Positions 1 to 9,895 of a stretch of 37,003 nt of DNA are shown piece after piece; position 1 is the stretch's first letter, and the number at the start of each line of letters is the position of its first letter. The position numbers and the translations under genes were made by a program. The stretch comes from a virus (taxonomy: Duplodnaviria; Caudoviricetes): positions 1 through 37,003 of IMG/VR virus record IMGVR_UViG_3300032243_001765; one strand, written 5' to 3'. The notes beneath the pieces are model-generated. The model saw only the letters and a list, made by a program, of their open reading frames with translations, was not told the DNA's origin and did no database searches.

Positions 1-3000
1 ACGAAAACACCTACCTCTTCTTCAACACAAACGCCAAGCTCAACTACTAGCAGGACGCCATCTAAAAGTTTGAGTACAACACCCACTCTAACTGCTACGC
101 CAACTACCAGCAGAACTTCCACTACTACTAGCTCAGTCACACCATCTATATCATTCAGTCAAAATCCAATCACATTAATAGCCACCGCTGAAAATAAAAA
201 TAGTTTAATTTTGTCTTGGATAGACCACGGAACTAGATCTGTATCGGGTTATACTATATCATATAGGATTATCAATAACTCTACCGGCGGAAGAAAGATC
301 AATACTGCTACTAATAACTATATTATTAATAATTTAAATCCATTAGCAACATATTCTATTCAAATATCGGGTACAGATCAATATGGTATTAAATTTTATA
401 GTAATACTGTTACTATTCCATTAACAATTAGTGCTCCCAATAGCCCCACAAACCTATCAGTTATATCAGCAAATCAATCTTTAATACTATCATGGGATAC
501 TCCTAGTAATAATGGCGGGTCTGATATTATAGGATATACTATTAAATATTATTATAGTGATTTTTCTTATAAGAGTATCACCATTCCTGCTATTAATAGC
601 TATACTATTACAGACTTAAATAATGAAACGACATACAGTATATCTATCAGTGCTCAAAATAATTTATACACAGGGATCAGCGCATTTATTATTGGAACTC
701 CCACAACTACCTCAAGTGTTCCATCCATGCCAACAAATTTAACTTCCAGCATACGCGCTGCTAGTATAGCTATACTAGATCTTTCTTGGACAGCCCCATC
801 CGGGCCTGTTGTTGAATATATTATAGAATATACTATGAATCAAGGAGTTCCGCAAACTATACACACAGGTAATAATACTAATACTTATACTTTAGCTGGT
901 TTAGTATACAATACCAATTATTCAATTAGAGTAGCAGCTGTAAATGGTATAGGTATAGGTTCTTATAGCACAGCTATACAGGCTATGCCAGCACCCGCAG
1001 TTCCAGATCAAGTGCCTAATTTGTATGTTAGTACTGGATTAAGAGGTAAGCTGTTTTTATATTGGTCAATACCACAAAATAATGGCTCATCAATTATTGG
1101 ATACAAAATTCAATATTATTCTACTAATAATAACAATATTATAACAATTAATATTAATAATACGCATAATGACTATACAATAGACGAACTGGATCCGAAT
1201 GTTGAATATTCTATACGGGTTGCAGCTGTTAATAGTATAGGAACCGGATCTTATACATCATATATGACTGGCATACCAACATCTGGCTATTTACCCGACC
1301 CACCCAGTGATCTTAGTATTACATGTCCTAAACATAGTTGTCTTACATTATCTTGGAACACCCCTTGGAATGGATTGTCTGATATCATTAATTATCAAAT
1401 TGAATATTCTTCAGCCTTTCAACCTGCGCAAACTATTAAAACTAATAATTTATCTACTAATTTTACCCTATCTGGTTTACAAAATAATGTTATTTATAAA
1501 GTTAGAATAGCTGCTATTAATGGGGCTGGTTTAGGATTATATAGTAATTTTGTTTTAGGAACTCCAGTTACAAGCACACCATCAGCACCACTAAAATTAA
1601 ATATTACATCATATGCCAACAAATTAGAATTATTTTGGACTAACCCAGAGGATAATGGCGGACTAAATATTACAGGCTATGTTATTCAGTATAATAATAT
1701 AAATATAGACATATTAAATTTAAATACATATATTATTAATAATTTAAATCCAGACACTGATTATAATATAAAAATAGCAGCAAAAAATAATAATGGCATA
1801 GGATCATATACTAGTGCTATTACTGTAAAAACAAAAGTTATAGATATAGATTTGACTGTACCAAAAAATGTTTTAGCTGAAAATAATCATAATTATGGTA
1901 TAAAATTATCATGGATAAACCCAAAATATGCTGATCCTAGTGTTATTACCGGGGTTAGTATCAAATACTACGAGACTAGCAAAGGAGAAAATACTGCTAT
2001 AATAGAAAATTATACTAATATTAGTATTATTACCATTTCCGATGACTACAGCGAAGTAGTATCGTCTGTTTATAATACTAGGACTATCTTATCATATATT
2101 AATTTGCTTTTAAAGAAAAATACAGACTATACTTTCCGGGTCTCAACTATGACTAAATATGATTCTAGTCCATATAGTGATCCGGTTACTGGTTCGTATA
2201 CTTTAGAAGCTACGCCCAAAGCCCCTATAAATTTTAGTGTTGTTCCACGGGATATGAGTTATAGTAACTCTCTCTGGTTAGATATTTATTGGACAGAACC
2301 GGAAGAAAATAACTCATATAATATGAATTATGATCCATATAGAATCATATATTATAGAGTTTCTACACAAACATTAGGTCCCAATGGTAAAACTATAAAT
2401 AATGATTACTCTACTGATCCATTAGATTATAGAGATAAATCTGTATTACTTGGTTATAGAAGAGATGACAATCGTCATCTAATGTATCGTGATACTCTTT
2501 ATAGTCAAATTCAGCCGTATGAAATTTTAAATTATCCAGCAATAGTTAGGGTTGCTGCTGCAAATTCTTATGGCTTAGGGGAATTTGCAGAAGCCATCAT
2601 CTATGATAAACCAAAATCTCCAACTAATATAAAAACTTATTTTGATATAACAAATAATATAATAAATTTATTTTGGAATTCTTCCTCTACTAAAGATATT
2701 CCAATTGTTAATTATAGTATTAAATATACTATTGGAGGTAGTGAAAATATCATAAATACGAATAGTGATTCTTGTGATTATAAACTTAGAGGTTTAACAA
2801 GCCAGCAAATGATATCTTGCAGCATACAGATAGCTTCTATAGATGCTGTGGGTCGTATTAGTAGCTATACTAGTCCGGTAGCTTATTCTGCTGAATATGT
2901 ATGTAGCATACCCCAACCTCCATCTTTATCAAGAAGTCCAGTTCCAGGCAGTCTTTCAGCATTAATAAGTTGGACCCCTCCGTCGTTTGATGGTGGTTCA

Positions 3001-4644
3001 AAAATTAATAGATATGTTATATTAGTATTGATTGGTACTTCTGTTATAACCACAACATATGTAGATGGCACAGCCACGGACTATTTGATTACTGGTTTGC
3101 AAAATAATACATCCTATAATATTAAAATTGCTGCTCAAAACGATATTGGTAATAGTGACTATCTTACTACTAAATTATCTAGTATGAGTGCATTTACTCC
3201 CACAGAACCACTCAATTTTAGCAGTTATATATCATCAAGAACTAAAACTTGTGTGTTAAGCTGGACTAATTTATCAATTAGTAATAATAATACAATTATA
3301 GGATATATTATTAGATACAAATTATATAATAACGATTATAAATATATATTTATCAGTAGTGATAACGGCGATCCACCTGATTCTTTGTATGTCGCACAAT
3401 GGGCATATTATGCCAATTCTAAATGGAATTATAATAGTATACGAGTAGAACAAATAATGAGTACCAGCGCCTATATGAGTATAGCAGCAATTGACTCTAC
3501 TGGTTTTATGGGACCGTTTACAACGGATATAGACATAAATAATTCTTGGATTTATGAAATGCCAAGTCCGCGGTTTGCACCCGATAATTTTAAAGTCAAA
3601 TCTGATAATCAGTCTCTACAATTATCTTGGACACCATATTATGAGTTTCATAATAAAATTAAAGGATATAGAATAGAATATGCTGAAGAAGGAAATTCTT
3701 TTACTACTATTAATATATACGATTCATATACTTCAACATATACTTTAAATAATCTTACTAATAATATAAATTATATCATAAAAATTGCTGCTATTAATAA
3801 CTGTACAGTAGCAGGAACGTATGGTAAATACGAGTGTCCTGGTCCAGAGGCTACTATTACTGCAATGCCTATATCATCTCCTATCGTTCCATCAGTTCCA
3901 TTAAAACCATCGGTTGGCGGATTAGGAATTAATAGTTTTGTGATTGACTGGGAAGTTCCCTATTGGGATGGTAATTCTACTATTACTGGATATAATATTG
4001 AATATACTCCAGAAAATGGCAATACACAGATTGTTTTTTTTAATGCTAGCAGCGTGACACCAGAGAATTTTAGTTTTTGTTGTAATGATGGGAAGTTATT
4101 GTGTATATTTGATGGTTCAAAAGGTTTAGTGGTTGGTTTGGGTGCTACATTTAGAATAGCTGCAGTAAATAGTATTGGGGTGGGACTTTATACTGATCCA
4201 ATAACAGTTAGTAATAGTCCTGGTCCGATTTTGGATTTGAGCGTAAGTACTCATACATCGACTCCTCCGTTTTTTCCAACTAATTTCACATCAGTAGATC
4301 TACGCTGGTCAACTCCAAAAGATGGAGGTTCGGCTTTTGAAAAAGTATACATATACTATCGTCAAACCGACAATCATCCGGGAGGAGATGTCGGGCCTGT
4401 GTCATTCTTAGATGACCGCTCGGGACCGTTGGTGGATACTAGTTCTATGGATGATTCAGGGAGGGTACCTATGGGAGCATCTTGTGGTTATACTCTAGAA
4501 GGAGAGGCTAATCAAAACAATTTTTTTATACCTCCTGGTTTAAAGATTGGTGTAGAATATGAATTTCGAATTAAGCTAGTAAATAAAGATGATCAATCAA
4601 ATTTGAGCAATAGAGTTAAATTTGTCCCTGGTTCAGATTTATAA
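1..4644 (+). CDS. Large fibronectin type III repeat protein (about 14 FN3 domains) with Thr/Ser/Pro-rich N-terminus; probable virion surface/adhesin protein; 5'-truncated by the window edge
   Basis: Frame is open from nt 1 (TKTPTSSSTQTP...), so the TTG at 70 is probably not the start. About 14 repeats of the pattern P..P.NL....SL.LSW..P...G.S.I.GY.I.Y...Y.I..L.....Y.I.IAA.N..G.G.Y. Confidence 0.9.
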   Translation, partial: TKTPTSSSTQTPSSTTSRTPSKSLSTTPTLTATPTTSRTSTTTSSVTPSISFSQNPITLIATAENKNSLILSWIDHGTRSVSGYTISYRIINNSTGGRKINTATNNYIINNLNPLATYSIQISGTDQYGIKFYSNTVTIPLTISAPNSPTNLSVISANQSLILSWDTPSNNGGSDIIGYTIKYYYSDFSYKSITIPAINSYTITDLNNETTYSISISAQNNLYTGISAFIIGTPTTTSSVPSMPTNLTSSIRAASIAILDLSWTAPSGPVVEYIIEYTMNQGVPQTIHTGNNTNTYTLAGLVYNTNYSIRVAAVNGIGIGSYSTAIQAMPAPAVPDQVPNLYVSTGLRGKLFLYWSIPQNNGSSIIGYKIQYYSTNNNNIITININNTHNDYTIDELDPNVEYSIRVAAVNSIGTGSYTSYMTGIPTSGYLPDPPSDLSITCPKHSCLTLSWNTPWNGLSDIINYQIEYSSAFQPAQTIKTNNLSTNFTLSGLQNNVIYKVRIAAINGAGLGLYSNFVLGTPVTSTPSAPLKLNITSYANKLELFWTNPEDNGGLNITGYVIQYNNINIDILNLNTYIINNLNPDTDYNIKIAAKNNNGIGSYTSAITVKTKVIDIDLTVPKNVLAENNHNYGIKLSWINPKYADPSVITGVSIKYYETSKGENTAIIENYTNISIITISDDYSEVVSSVYNTRTILSYINLLLKKNTDYTFRVSTMTKYDSSPYSDPVTGSYTLEATPKAPINFSVVPRDMSYSNSLWLDIYWTEPEENNSYNMNYDPYRIIYYRVSTQTLGPNGKTINNDYSTDPLDYRDKSVLLGYRRDDNRHLMYRDTLYSQIQPYEILNYPAIVRVAAANSYGLGEFAEAIIYDKPKSPTNIKTYFDITNNIINLFWNSSSTKDIPIVNYSIKYTIGGSENIINTNSDSCDYKLRGLTSQQMISCSIQIASIDAVGRISSYTSPVAYSAEYVCSIPQPPSLSRSPVPGSLSALISWTPPSFDGGSKINRYVILVLIGTSVITTTYVDGTATDYLITGLQNNTSYNIKIAAQNDIGNSDYLTTKLSSMSAFTPTEPLNFSSYISSRTKTCVLSWTNLSISNNNTIIGYIIRYKLYNNDYKYIFISSDNGDPPDSLYVAQWAYYANSKWNYNSIRVEQIMSTSAYMSIAAIDSTGFMGPFTTDIDINNSWIYEMPSPRFAPDNFKVKSDNQSLQLSWTPYYEFHNKIKGYRIEYAEEGNSFTTINIYDSYTSTYTLNNLTNNINYIIKIAAINNCTVAGTYGKYECPGPEATITAMPISSPIVPSVPLKPSVGGLGINSFVIDWEVPYWDGNSTITGYNIEYTPENGNTQIVFFNASSVTPENFSFCCNDGKLLCIFDGSKGLVVGLGATFRIAAVNSIGVGLYTDPITVSNSPGPILDLSVSTHTSTPPFFPTNFTSVDLRWSTPKDGGSAFEKVYIYYRQTDNHPGGDVGPVSFLDDRSGPLVDTSSMDDSGRVPMGASCGYTLEGEANQNNFFIPPGLKIGVEYEFRIKLVNKDDQSNLSNRVKFVPGSDL

Positions 4645-4655
4645 AGGAATATATT

Positions 4656-7600
4656 ATGTCGTGTATTCAATTTGTTACCACACAGTCACCAAGCCCAAGT
4701 AATACGCCAAGCATCACTCCTAGTACTACTACGACTGGCACAAGAACCAATACGCCTACAGCCACCAGAACATCAACGACCACAAGAACAGCCTCTCATA
4801 CTAGCACGCACACCTTCTCTGCCACACAAACGCCTACAACTACTCCATCTTATTCTAGCACACCAACATTAACGCCGACCCCAACCAAACCATTGCCAAC
4901 GATTTATAGTTCAACACCTAATAATACCTCTAGTCTCATTCCTAGTAATACTCCAAATAATACTGGTACATACACCAGTACTCCAATTAATACTGGTAGT
5001 ACCAGTACTCCAACCCGAACAACAACTCCAACACAAACTCCTTCTCGCACACCGAGTAGCTTGCCTATATTTAATTGTATTACTGATGGTAGCAGTTTAC
5101 TATTAGGTAATAATAGAAATAGTGGAACACTATATTATAATGGAACAGGATGTACTACTAATGTTAACATCGATTTGGCCGGAACTACTGGAGGCGCTGC
5201 TATTATAGCAGATGGTTCTGGACCATTAGTTTTTACTAGTGATATCACTGCTAGCGGATTGGGTAATAAGACACTAACTCTTAAAGGCAAAAATAATAAT
5301 ATTAATGCTATAATGGGTAGTTTTGGTAATCCGTCTAAGCCAGAATTTTTATCTGGTAATGGTACGCTATCTTTAGTGAAAGACGATAGTGGTACTTGGA
5401 TGTTAAGTGGTAGAAATAGGTATACTGGTTCCACAAAAATTCTTAATGGAACTTTAATCATTGGGGATGATGTTCCAAACTCTGGTTTCAGCCCTATAGG
5501 GTATTATGGTCGTGGAGTTATTAAATCTGGTCCATATGATATTGTACCACAACCAAATTATTTAACAATAGGACAACAGGCTAGAGCTAGTGACAGTGCC
5601 GCACTATTGCTTGATACAGACGTTACATTTAATGTTAATATAGGAGTGCTTTCTTATAGTGGAGATAATCATCCTGTTATTACTTATAATGACAAACTAT
5701 CTAATTATAATATCTCTTTTATTAATAACTATAAAAATATAAATATTAAAAATAATAATTTTAAATTTGGTACTAAAAGTTTTTATTCTGATGGAACTAA
5801 CAATGCTGGCATAGATTTTCTTGGCCCTTTTACAACAGACTCAGATTTTACTATAGAAACCTGGATATATCCCCTAGAATATAGAGATCAAGACATATTT
5901 ATTATTAGTAGTTCAGATGTCACTGGCGGTTTGACTATTCTTTTACAAGCTAATGGAGCTATTAGTATCTCTAATGGTGTTGATGAGGGTCCAGTATTTG
6001 ATAGTTCTCCATATGTTATTAATGAGTGGCAGCATATTGCTGTTACTTATACTCAAAGTACCAATACTTTAAATTTATTTAAAAATGGTATTTTAGTTGG
6101 AAATACATCCTCATATAATTTAATAAATACTGGTAATAATTCTACTATTAGATTAGGCAATAGTTACGGTAATTGGGGTAATTATGTGTTTAAAGGAAAT
6201 CTTGACGAATTTAGATATTCAAAAATTGTGAGATATACAGAACCTTTTAGTCCCGCAAATACGCCATTTAATACAGATTCTAATACCCAAATATTATCTC
6301 ATTTTGAGTGGGATTTTGATACTATCATTAATCAAACTATTATCGGAGGAGCTAATACTAGTGGGGTATGCACATTTGGTTCTGGATGTAATATTATTGC
6401 TAGCGGAAATAATTCTTATATTTATTTACAAGCTGCTACTAGTGGAACAGTAATATTTGACAATTATTTTTCAGTATCCTCTTCTGGTACAAACTATATT
6501 TTTGGAGATACTAGTCATAGTGGTACAATTATTATTAATAGTAGTTTATGTGGTTGGTCTAATAATTATTATGATAAAATATCAAACAATTTAACTTTAT
6601 TATTAAAAGGCGGAACTCTAGTCTTTAATAAACGCCAATATCCAGGAGATGATAGATTTTCTTCTATAGAACTTTTATCTGGTAAATTTATTGCACTTAC
6701 TGATTATTTAGGCAGTAGATATCTAAATATTGGAGATAGCGCGGATAATATCGATGGTTCAGTTTCATTTTTAGTAGGAGCAAATTTACAATTAAGGGAT
6801 AAAGTAATAGTAGTAAATCCTGCTGGTAATAATTCTAACCAAAAAATAATTATTGGAGGATCAGATATGTTGGCTAATCCAGAACATATTATATCTCCCA
6901 ATAAAGCGTATTTATATAGTTTTATTTTGATGCCAGATAATAGTTCTGTAAATGTAGTAGCACCTTCTGGTTATTATTTACAATTTAGTGGTGGTTTAGC
7001 AAATAGTATTCAAGGACAAGAGGTCACTGGAAATATTATTTTTGGTAATTATAATAATACTGGAACAATTATTGTAGAAGCACAAACACAGACTATGGGT
7101 TCTATTATAATAGATTACGGCAAAGTTATTATTTCTATGGGTGGCTTTCTATATGGTGACCAAGGAGTAATTCTTAATAATGGAGCAGAATTAGAGATAA
7201 ATAATAATAATTTTTATTCAGAATTGATATTTAACAGTGGAACTTTGAGCGGTAATGGATCTATAGAACCATTCTATGGAACAGTTATAGGGTCTGGAGC
7301 CATTATCAGTCCTGGTATATCAAGTGCCGGAGCTGTAGGATCTTTAACTATGAATCAAGATCTATTAGACACCCCTAATCCCGTGTTAACTTTAGCTTCT
7401 GGCGGAACATACAAATGTCACATTAATAATAGCAATATAGCTAGTGTGTCAAATAGCCAATTAATAGTAAATGGTAATCTTGATATTAGTGCTACAGAAA
7501 CTGATAAATTTAATATTAATATTACTAGTAAATCTATTATTTCTAATACTATAGCTAAATTTGGAGCATATAGTTTATATGCTGATGGTGATGGATCGTA

Positions 7601-8354
7601 TATGGATTTTTGGGGCAGTCTTGGGGACGAATCTGTGGATTGGACTATAGAGGCATGGATATATCCATTAGAATATAAAACTCAGGAAATATTTATCATT
7701 AGTAATTTAAATTTAGCTGGTCAAGGATTATCTTTATTATTGAACAGTAACAGCTCTATTAGCATACTTAATGCAAGAAATGACGCTGTGAATTTTAATG
7801 CTAATTATAGTATTAATATGTGGCAGCATATTGCTGTAGTTCGTAATAGCTATGATTCATCTTCAGGAATAGCATCTTTAGGTTTGTATTTGAATGGAGT
7901 ATTAATAGATACAGTATCATATAATATTAATACTATGTATTCTAATGGCTCTACATACAAAATTAGATTGGGTGGTAGCCCATCAAATTGGGGAAGTTAT
8001 CACTTTCATGGGTATATTGATGAATTTAGATATTCACATAATATTAGATATTCTGGTAATTTTACTCCTATTAACACAGAATTTAGTAGAGATACTTCAA
8101 CAGTAATTTTAGCGCATTTTGATAAAAATATTGATGATAATCCAGACATATCTGTTTTCCCAAATGCGGACATGATTCCTGATACTGATTATATTATCGC
8201 TACTAGTACGAATTTAACTAATTTTGATAGTAATAAATTTAATATTAATATAGATTCTAGTTTTTACAATAATATTGCTGATAGTGGTATTTTCAGTATA
8301 TCATCTTCCGGCAATAATCTTATATTGAATTATATATCAAACTCCCATGCATAG
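4656..8354 (+). CDS. 1232-aa adhesin-like protein: mucin-like T/S/P N-terminus, autotransporter-associated beta-strand repeats and two LamG/concanavalin A-like domains
   Basis: AAGGA RBS before the ATG. The first ~135 aa are T/S/P-rich. LVKDDSGTWMLSGRNRYTGSTKILNGTL matches the passenger-associated repeat. Two copies of FG..S.Y.DG...TIE.WIYP...WQHIAV...G..DEFRYS...L.HF. Confidence 0.8.
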   Translation: MSCIQFVTTQSPSPSNTPSITPSTTTTGTRTNTPTATRTSTTTRTASHTSTHTFSATQTPTTTPSYSSTPTLTPTPTKPLPTIYSSTPNNTSSLIPSNTPNNTGTYTSTPINTGSTSTPTRTTTPTQTPSRTPSSLPIFNCITDGSSLLLGNNRNSGTLYYNGTGCTTNVNIDLAGTTGGAAIIADGSGPLVFTSDITASGLGNKTLTLKGKNNNINAIMGSFGNPSKPEFLSGNGTLSLVKDDSGTWMLSGRNRYTGSTKILNGTLIIGDDVPNSGFSPIGYYGRGVIKSGPYDIVPQPNYLTIGQQARASDSAALLLDTDVTFNVNIGVLSYSGDNHPVITYNDKLSNYNISFINNYKNINIKNNNFKFGTKSFYSDGTNNAGIDFLGPFTTDSDFTIETWIYPLEYRDQDIFIISSSDVTGGLTILLQANGAISISNGVDEGPVFDSSPYVINEWQHIAVTYTQSTNTLNLFKNGILVGNTSSYNLINTGNNSTIRLGNSYGNWGNYVFKGNLDEFRYSKIVRYTEPFSPANTPFNTDSNTQILSHFEWDFDTIINQTIIGGANTSGVCTFGSGCNIIASGNNSYIYLQAATSGTVIFDNYFSVSSSGTNYIFGDTSHSGTIIINSSLCGWSNNYYDKISNNLTLLLKGGTLVFNKRQYPGDDRFSSIELLSGKFIALTDYLGSRYLNIGDSADNIDGSVSFLVGANLQLRDKVIVVNPAGNNSNQKIIIGGSDMLANPEHIISPNKAYLYSFILMPDNSSVNVVAPSGYYLQFSGGLANSIQGQEVTGNIIFGNYNNTGTIIVEAQTQTMGSIIIDYGKVIISMGGFLYGDQGVILNNGAELEINNNNFYSELIFNSGTLSGNGSIEPFYGTVIGSGAIISPGISSAGAVGSLTMNQDLLDTPNPVLTLASGGTYKCHINNSNIASVSNSQLIVNGNLDISATETDKFNINITSKSIISNTIAKFGAYSLYADGDGSYMDFWGSLGDESVDWTIEAWIYPLEYKTQEIFIISNLNLAGQGLSLLLNSNSSISILNARNDAVNFNANYSINMWQHIAVVRNSYDSSSGIASLGLYLNGVLIDTVSYNINTMYSNGSTYKIRLGGSPSNWGSYHFHGYIDEFRYSHNIRYSGNFTPINTEFSRDTSTVILAHFDKNIDDNPDISVFPNADMIPDTDYIIATSTNLTNFDSNKFNINIDSSFYNNIADSGIFSISSSGNNLILNYISNSHA
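5760..8125 (+). repeat. Internal duplication of a LamG domain (about 5760-6310 and 7553-8125)
   Basis: Shared peptides WIYPLEY, WQHIAV and DEFRYS. Shared nucleotide blocks such as tggcagcatattgctgt and gaatttagatattca. Confidence 0.8.
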
Positions 8355-8366
8355 TCCTCACTATTT

Positions 8367-9170
8367 CTAGTATACTGGCTGGATACCAGCCAATCCGGAC
8401 ATAATCATTAATTTTTTACCACGCATATTATGCACAATACATGGTTTGACTGTTTTTTGTTCACCTGTCATATAGTCTTCAAAAATCCAGTTTTCATATT
8501 GGGGGAGTTTATTAGCCCAATAACCCTTCCAATCACTCGCCCATAACCATGAAGTTTTCTCCAGGGTTCTCTCTTCCAAATGTTGCATGCAGTGGCCGGC
8601 AAATGCTAAACTGACCTCTTCTGTAAAATTCTTATATCCTTTATCTTTAGCATATACAAAAAAATTCACAGCTATATTATAAAACTCATTAACATAGTTT
8701 TTATCAACTATCCAAAACCCGGCATTAGTATTATAAATTCTATCTAAAACCAGACCAGTTTCTTCAAATAGTGGCTTATACTCAGATATTGGACAACCCC
8801 ACCAGTCTTTTCTTTTTGCATTAGAAGAAGTAATTTCGTTTTCCATTTGAGCAAATATTTTATGCCCAGTCATAAGTAGAGATAAATTTCCTGGATTTTT
8901 TACAAAATAATTATCAGCATCTAAAAAAACATAATAATCATAATTTAGTCTTGATACTTGTTCTTTTAAAAAATGAAACTTGAACATATATAGTGTTTTA
9001 TCAAATTGACCACAAGGATGAACAACAGCCCCATCAATAGCTTCTAGGTCGGTCCATATATGAAAATCCTCTGTTACACCGACTTTTCTGGCAGAATCAA
9101 CCATAGTTGCTGCCATTTTTCCATGATCTCCATCAGCAACAGTCCAGTAGCAATAATTATTATTTTTCAT
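8367..9170 (-). CDS. GT-A fold glycosyltransferase (GT8-like / nucleotide-diphospho-sugar transferase)
   Basis: YDYYVFLDAD DxD motif, N.G motif (YNTNAGF), acidic TEE motif and C-terminal IVH. Located in the GT cluster. Confidence 0.65.
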   Translation of the reverse strand: MKNNNYCYWTVADGDHGKMAATMVDSARKVGVTEDFHIWTDLEAIDGAVVHPCGQFDKTLYMFKFHFLKEQVSRLNYDYYVFLDADNYFVKNPGNLSLLMTGHKIFAQMENEITSSNAKRKDWWGCPISEYKPLFEETGLVLDRIYNTNAGFWIVDKNYVNEFYNIAVNFFVYAKDKGYKNFTEEVSLAFAGHCMQHLEERTLEKTSWLWASDWKGYWANKLPQYENWIFEDYMTGEQKTVKPCIVHNMRGKKLMIMSGLAGIQPVY

Positions 9171-9880
9171 GATTGTCTCTCAAACCATCTACTAACTTTA
9201 TGATTATCGTAATTTAATACATAGTCAAAACACGGGTGTTTGCTTTTATAAATCCACATAGGTACTCTAAATCCAGCAGCTATAAAACATGGACCTGTTT
9301 GTGGAGCAATTAATAAATCAAGTTTACTAATAGTGGATATAATTGGATGAATACTGTCTGTTTTAATTCTTTGATCACTAATCCCTTTCGGAATATATTT
9401 ATTATCCATATTCCCTATTGCTATAATTTTATGATCAGGGTATTCTTTTTTTGTTATGGATATAATTTCATCTACTACTTTATTAGGTATATCTCCTTGA
9501 GTATTAGAATGAGTAATTAATCCTATTAAATTATTTATTTGATGATTTTTTTTAATATTAAAATGTATGTCAAATGATTTAGGAGAACTGAGTGTAGGAT
9601 CCATAAATCTATAAAATCTTTTTACTCCATTCATTTGAGGCCATAATTCTAGTGGTGGATCAATACCACAATCTATCTTGGACCTGGCATTCATAAACTC
9701 ATCATCTGTAACAAATTCTACTCCATCAAAATATTGTATTATATCTTTTCGAGTTTTTTGAAAATACACCTTAGTTGGGGTTTTAGTTTTTTCGCTATAT
9801 AAATGAGCTGCCGCCACAAACCCCACAACATCACCGAGCATTTGGTGTCCCATCCAATAAACTGTTTTAAAGCGACACAT
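9167..9880 (-). CDS. GT9 (heptosyltransferase)-like GT-B glycosyltransferase
   Basis: N-terminal MLGDVV. C-terminal LDLLIAPQTGPCFIAAGFRVP resembles the GT9 'DL.I..DSGP.H.AAA...P' motif. Confidence 0.65.
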   Translation of the reverse strand: MCRFKTVYWMGHQMLGDVVGFVAAAHLYSEKTKTPTKVYFQKTRKDIIQYFDGVEFVTDDEFMNARSKIDCGIDPPLELWPQMNGVKRFYRFMDPTLSSPKSFDIHFNIKKNHQINNLIGLITHSNTQGDIPNKVVDEIISITKKEYPDHKIIAIGNMDNKYIPKGISDQRIKTDSIHPIISTISKLDLLIAPQTGPCFIAAGFRVPMWIYKSKHPCFDYVLNYDNHKVSRWFERQS

Positions 9881-9895
9881 ATAGATGCCTAATAA

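Noticed and set aside
4677-5063. Low-complexity AC-rich DNA as a tandem repeat or array
   Set aside because: Explained by Thr/Pro/Ser codons. There is no fixed-period nucleotide repeat.
8355-8366. Terminator at the convergence of the two transcription units
   Set aside because: The gap is only 12 nt and I see no convincing hairpin or U-tract.
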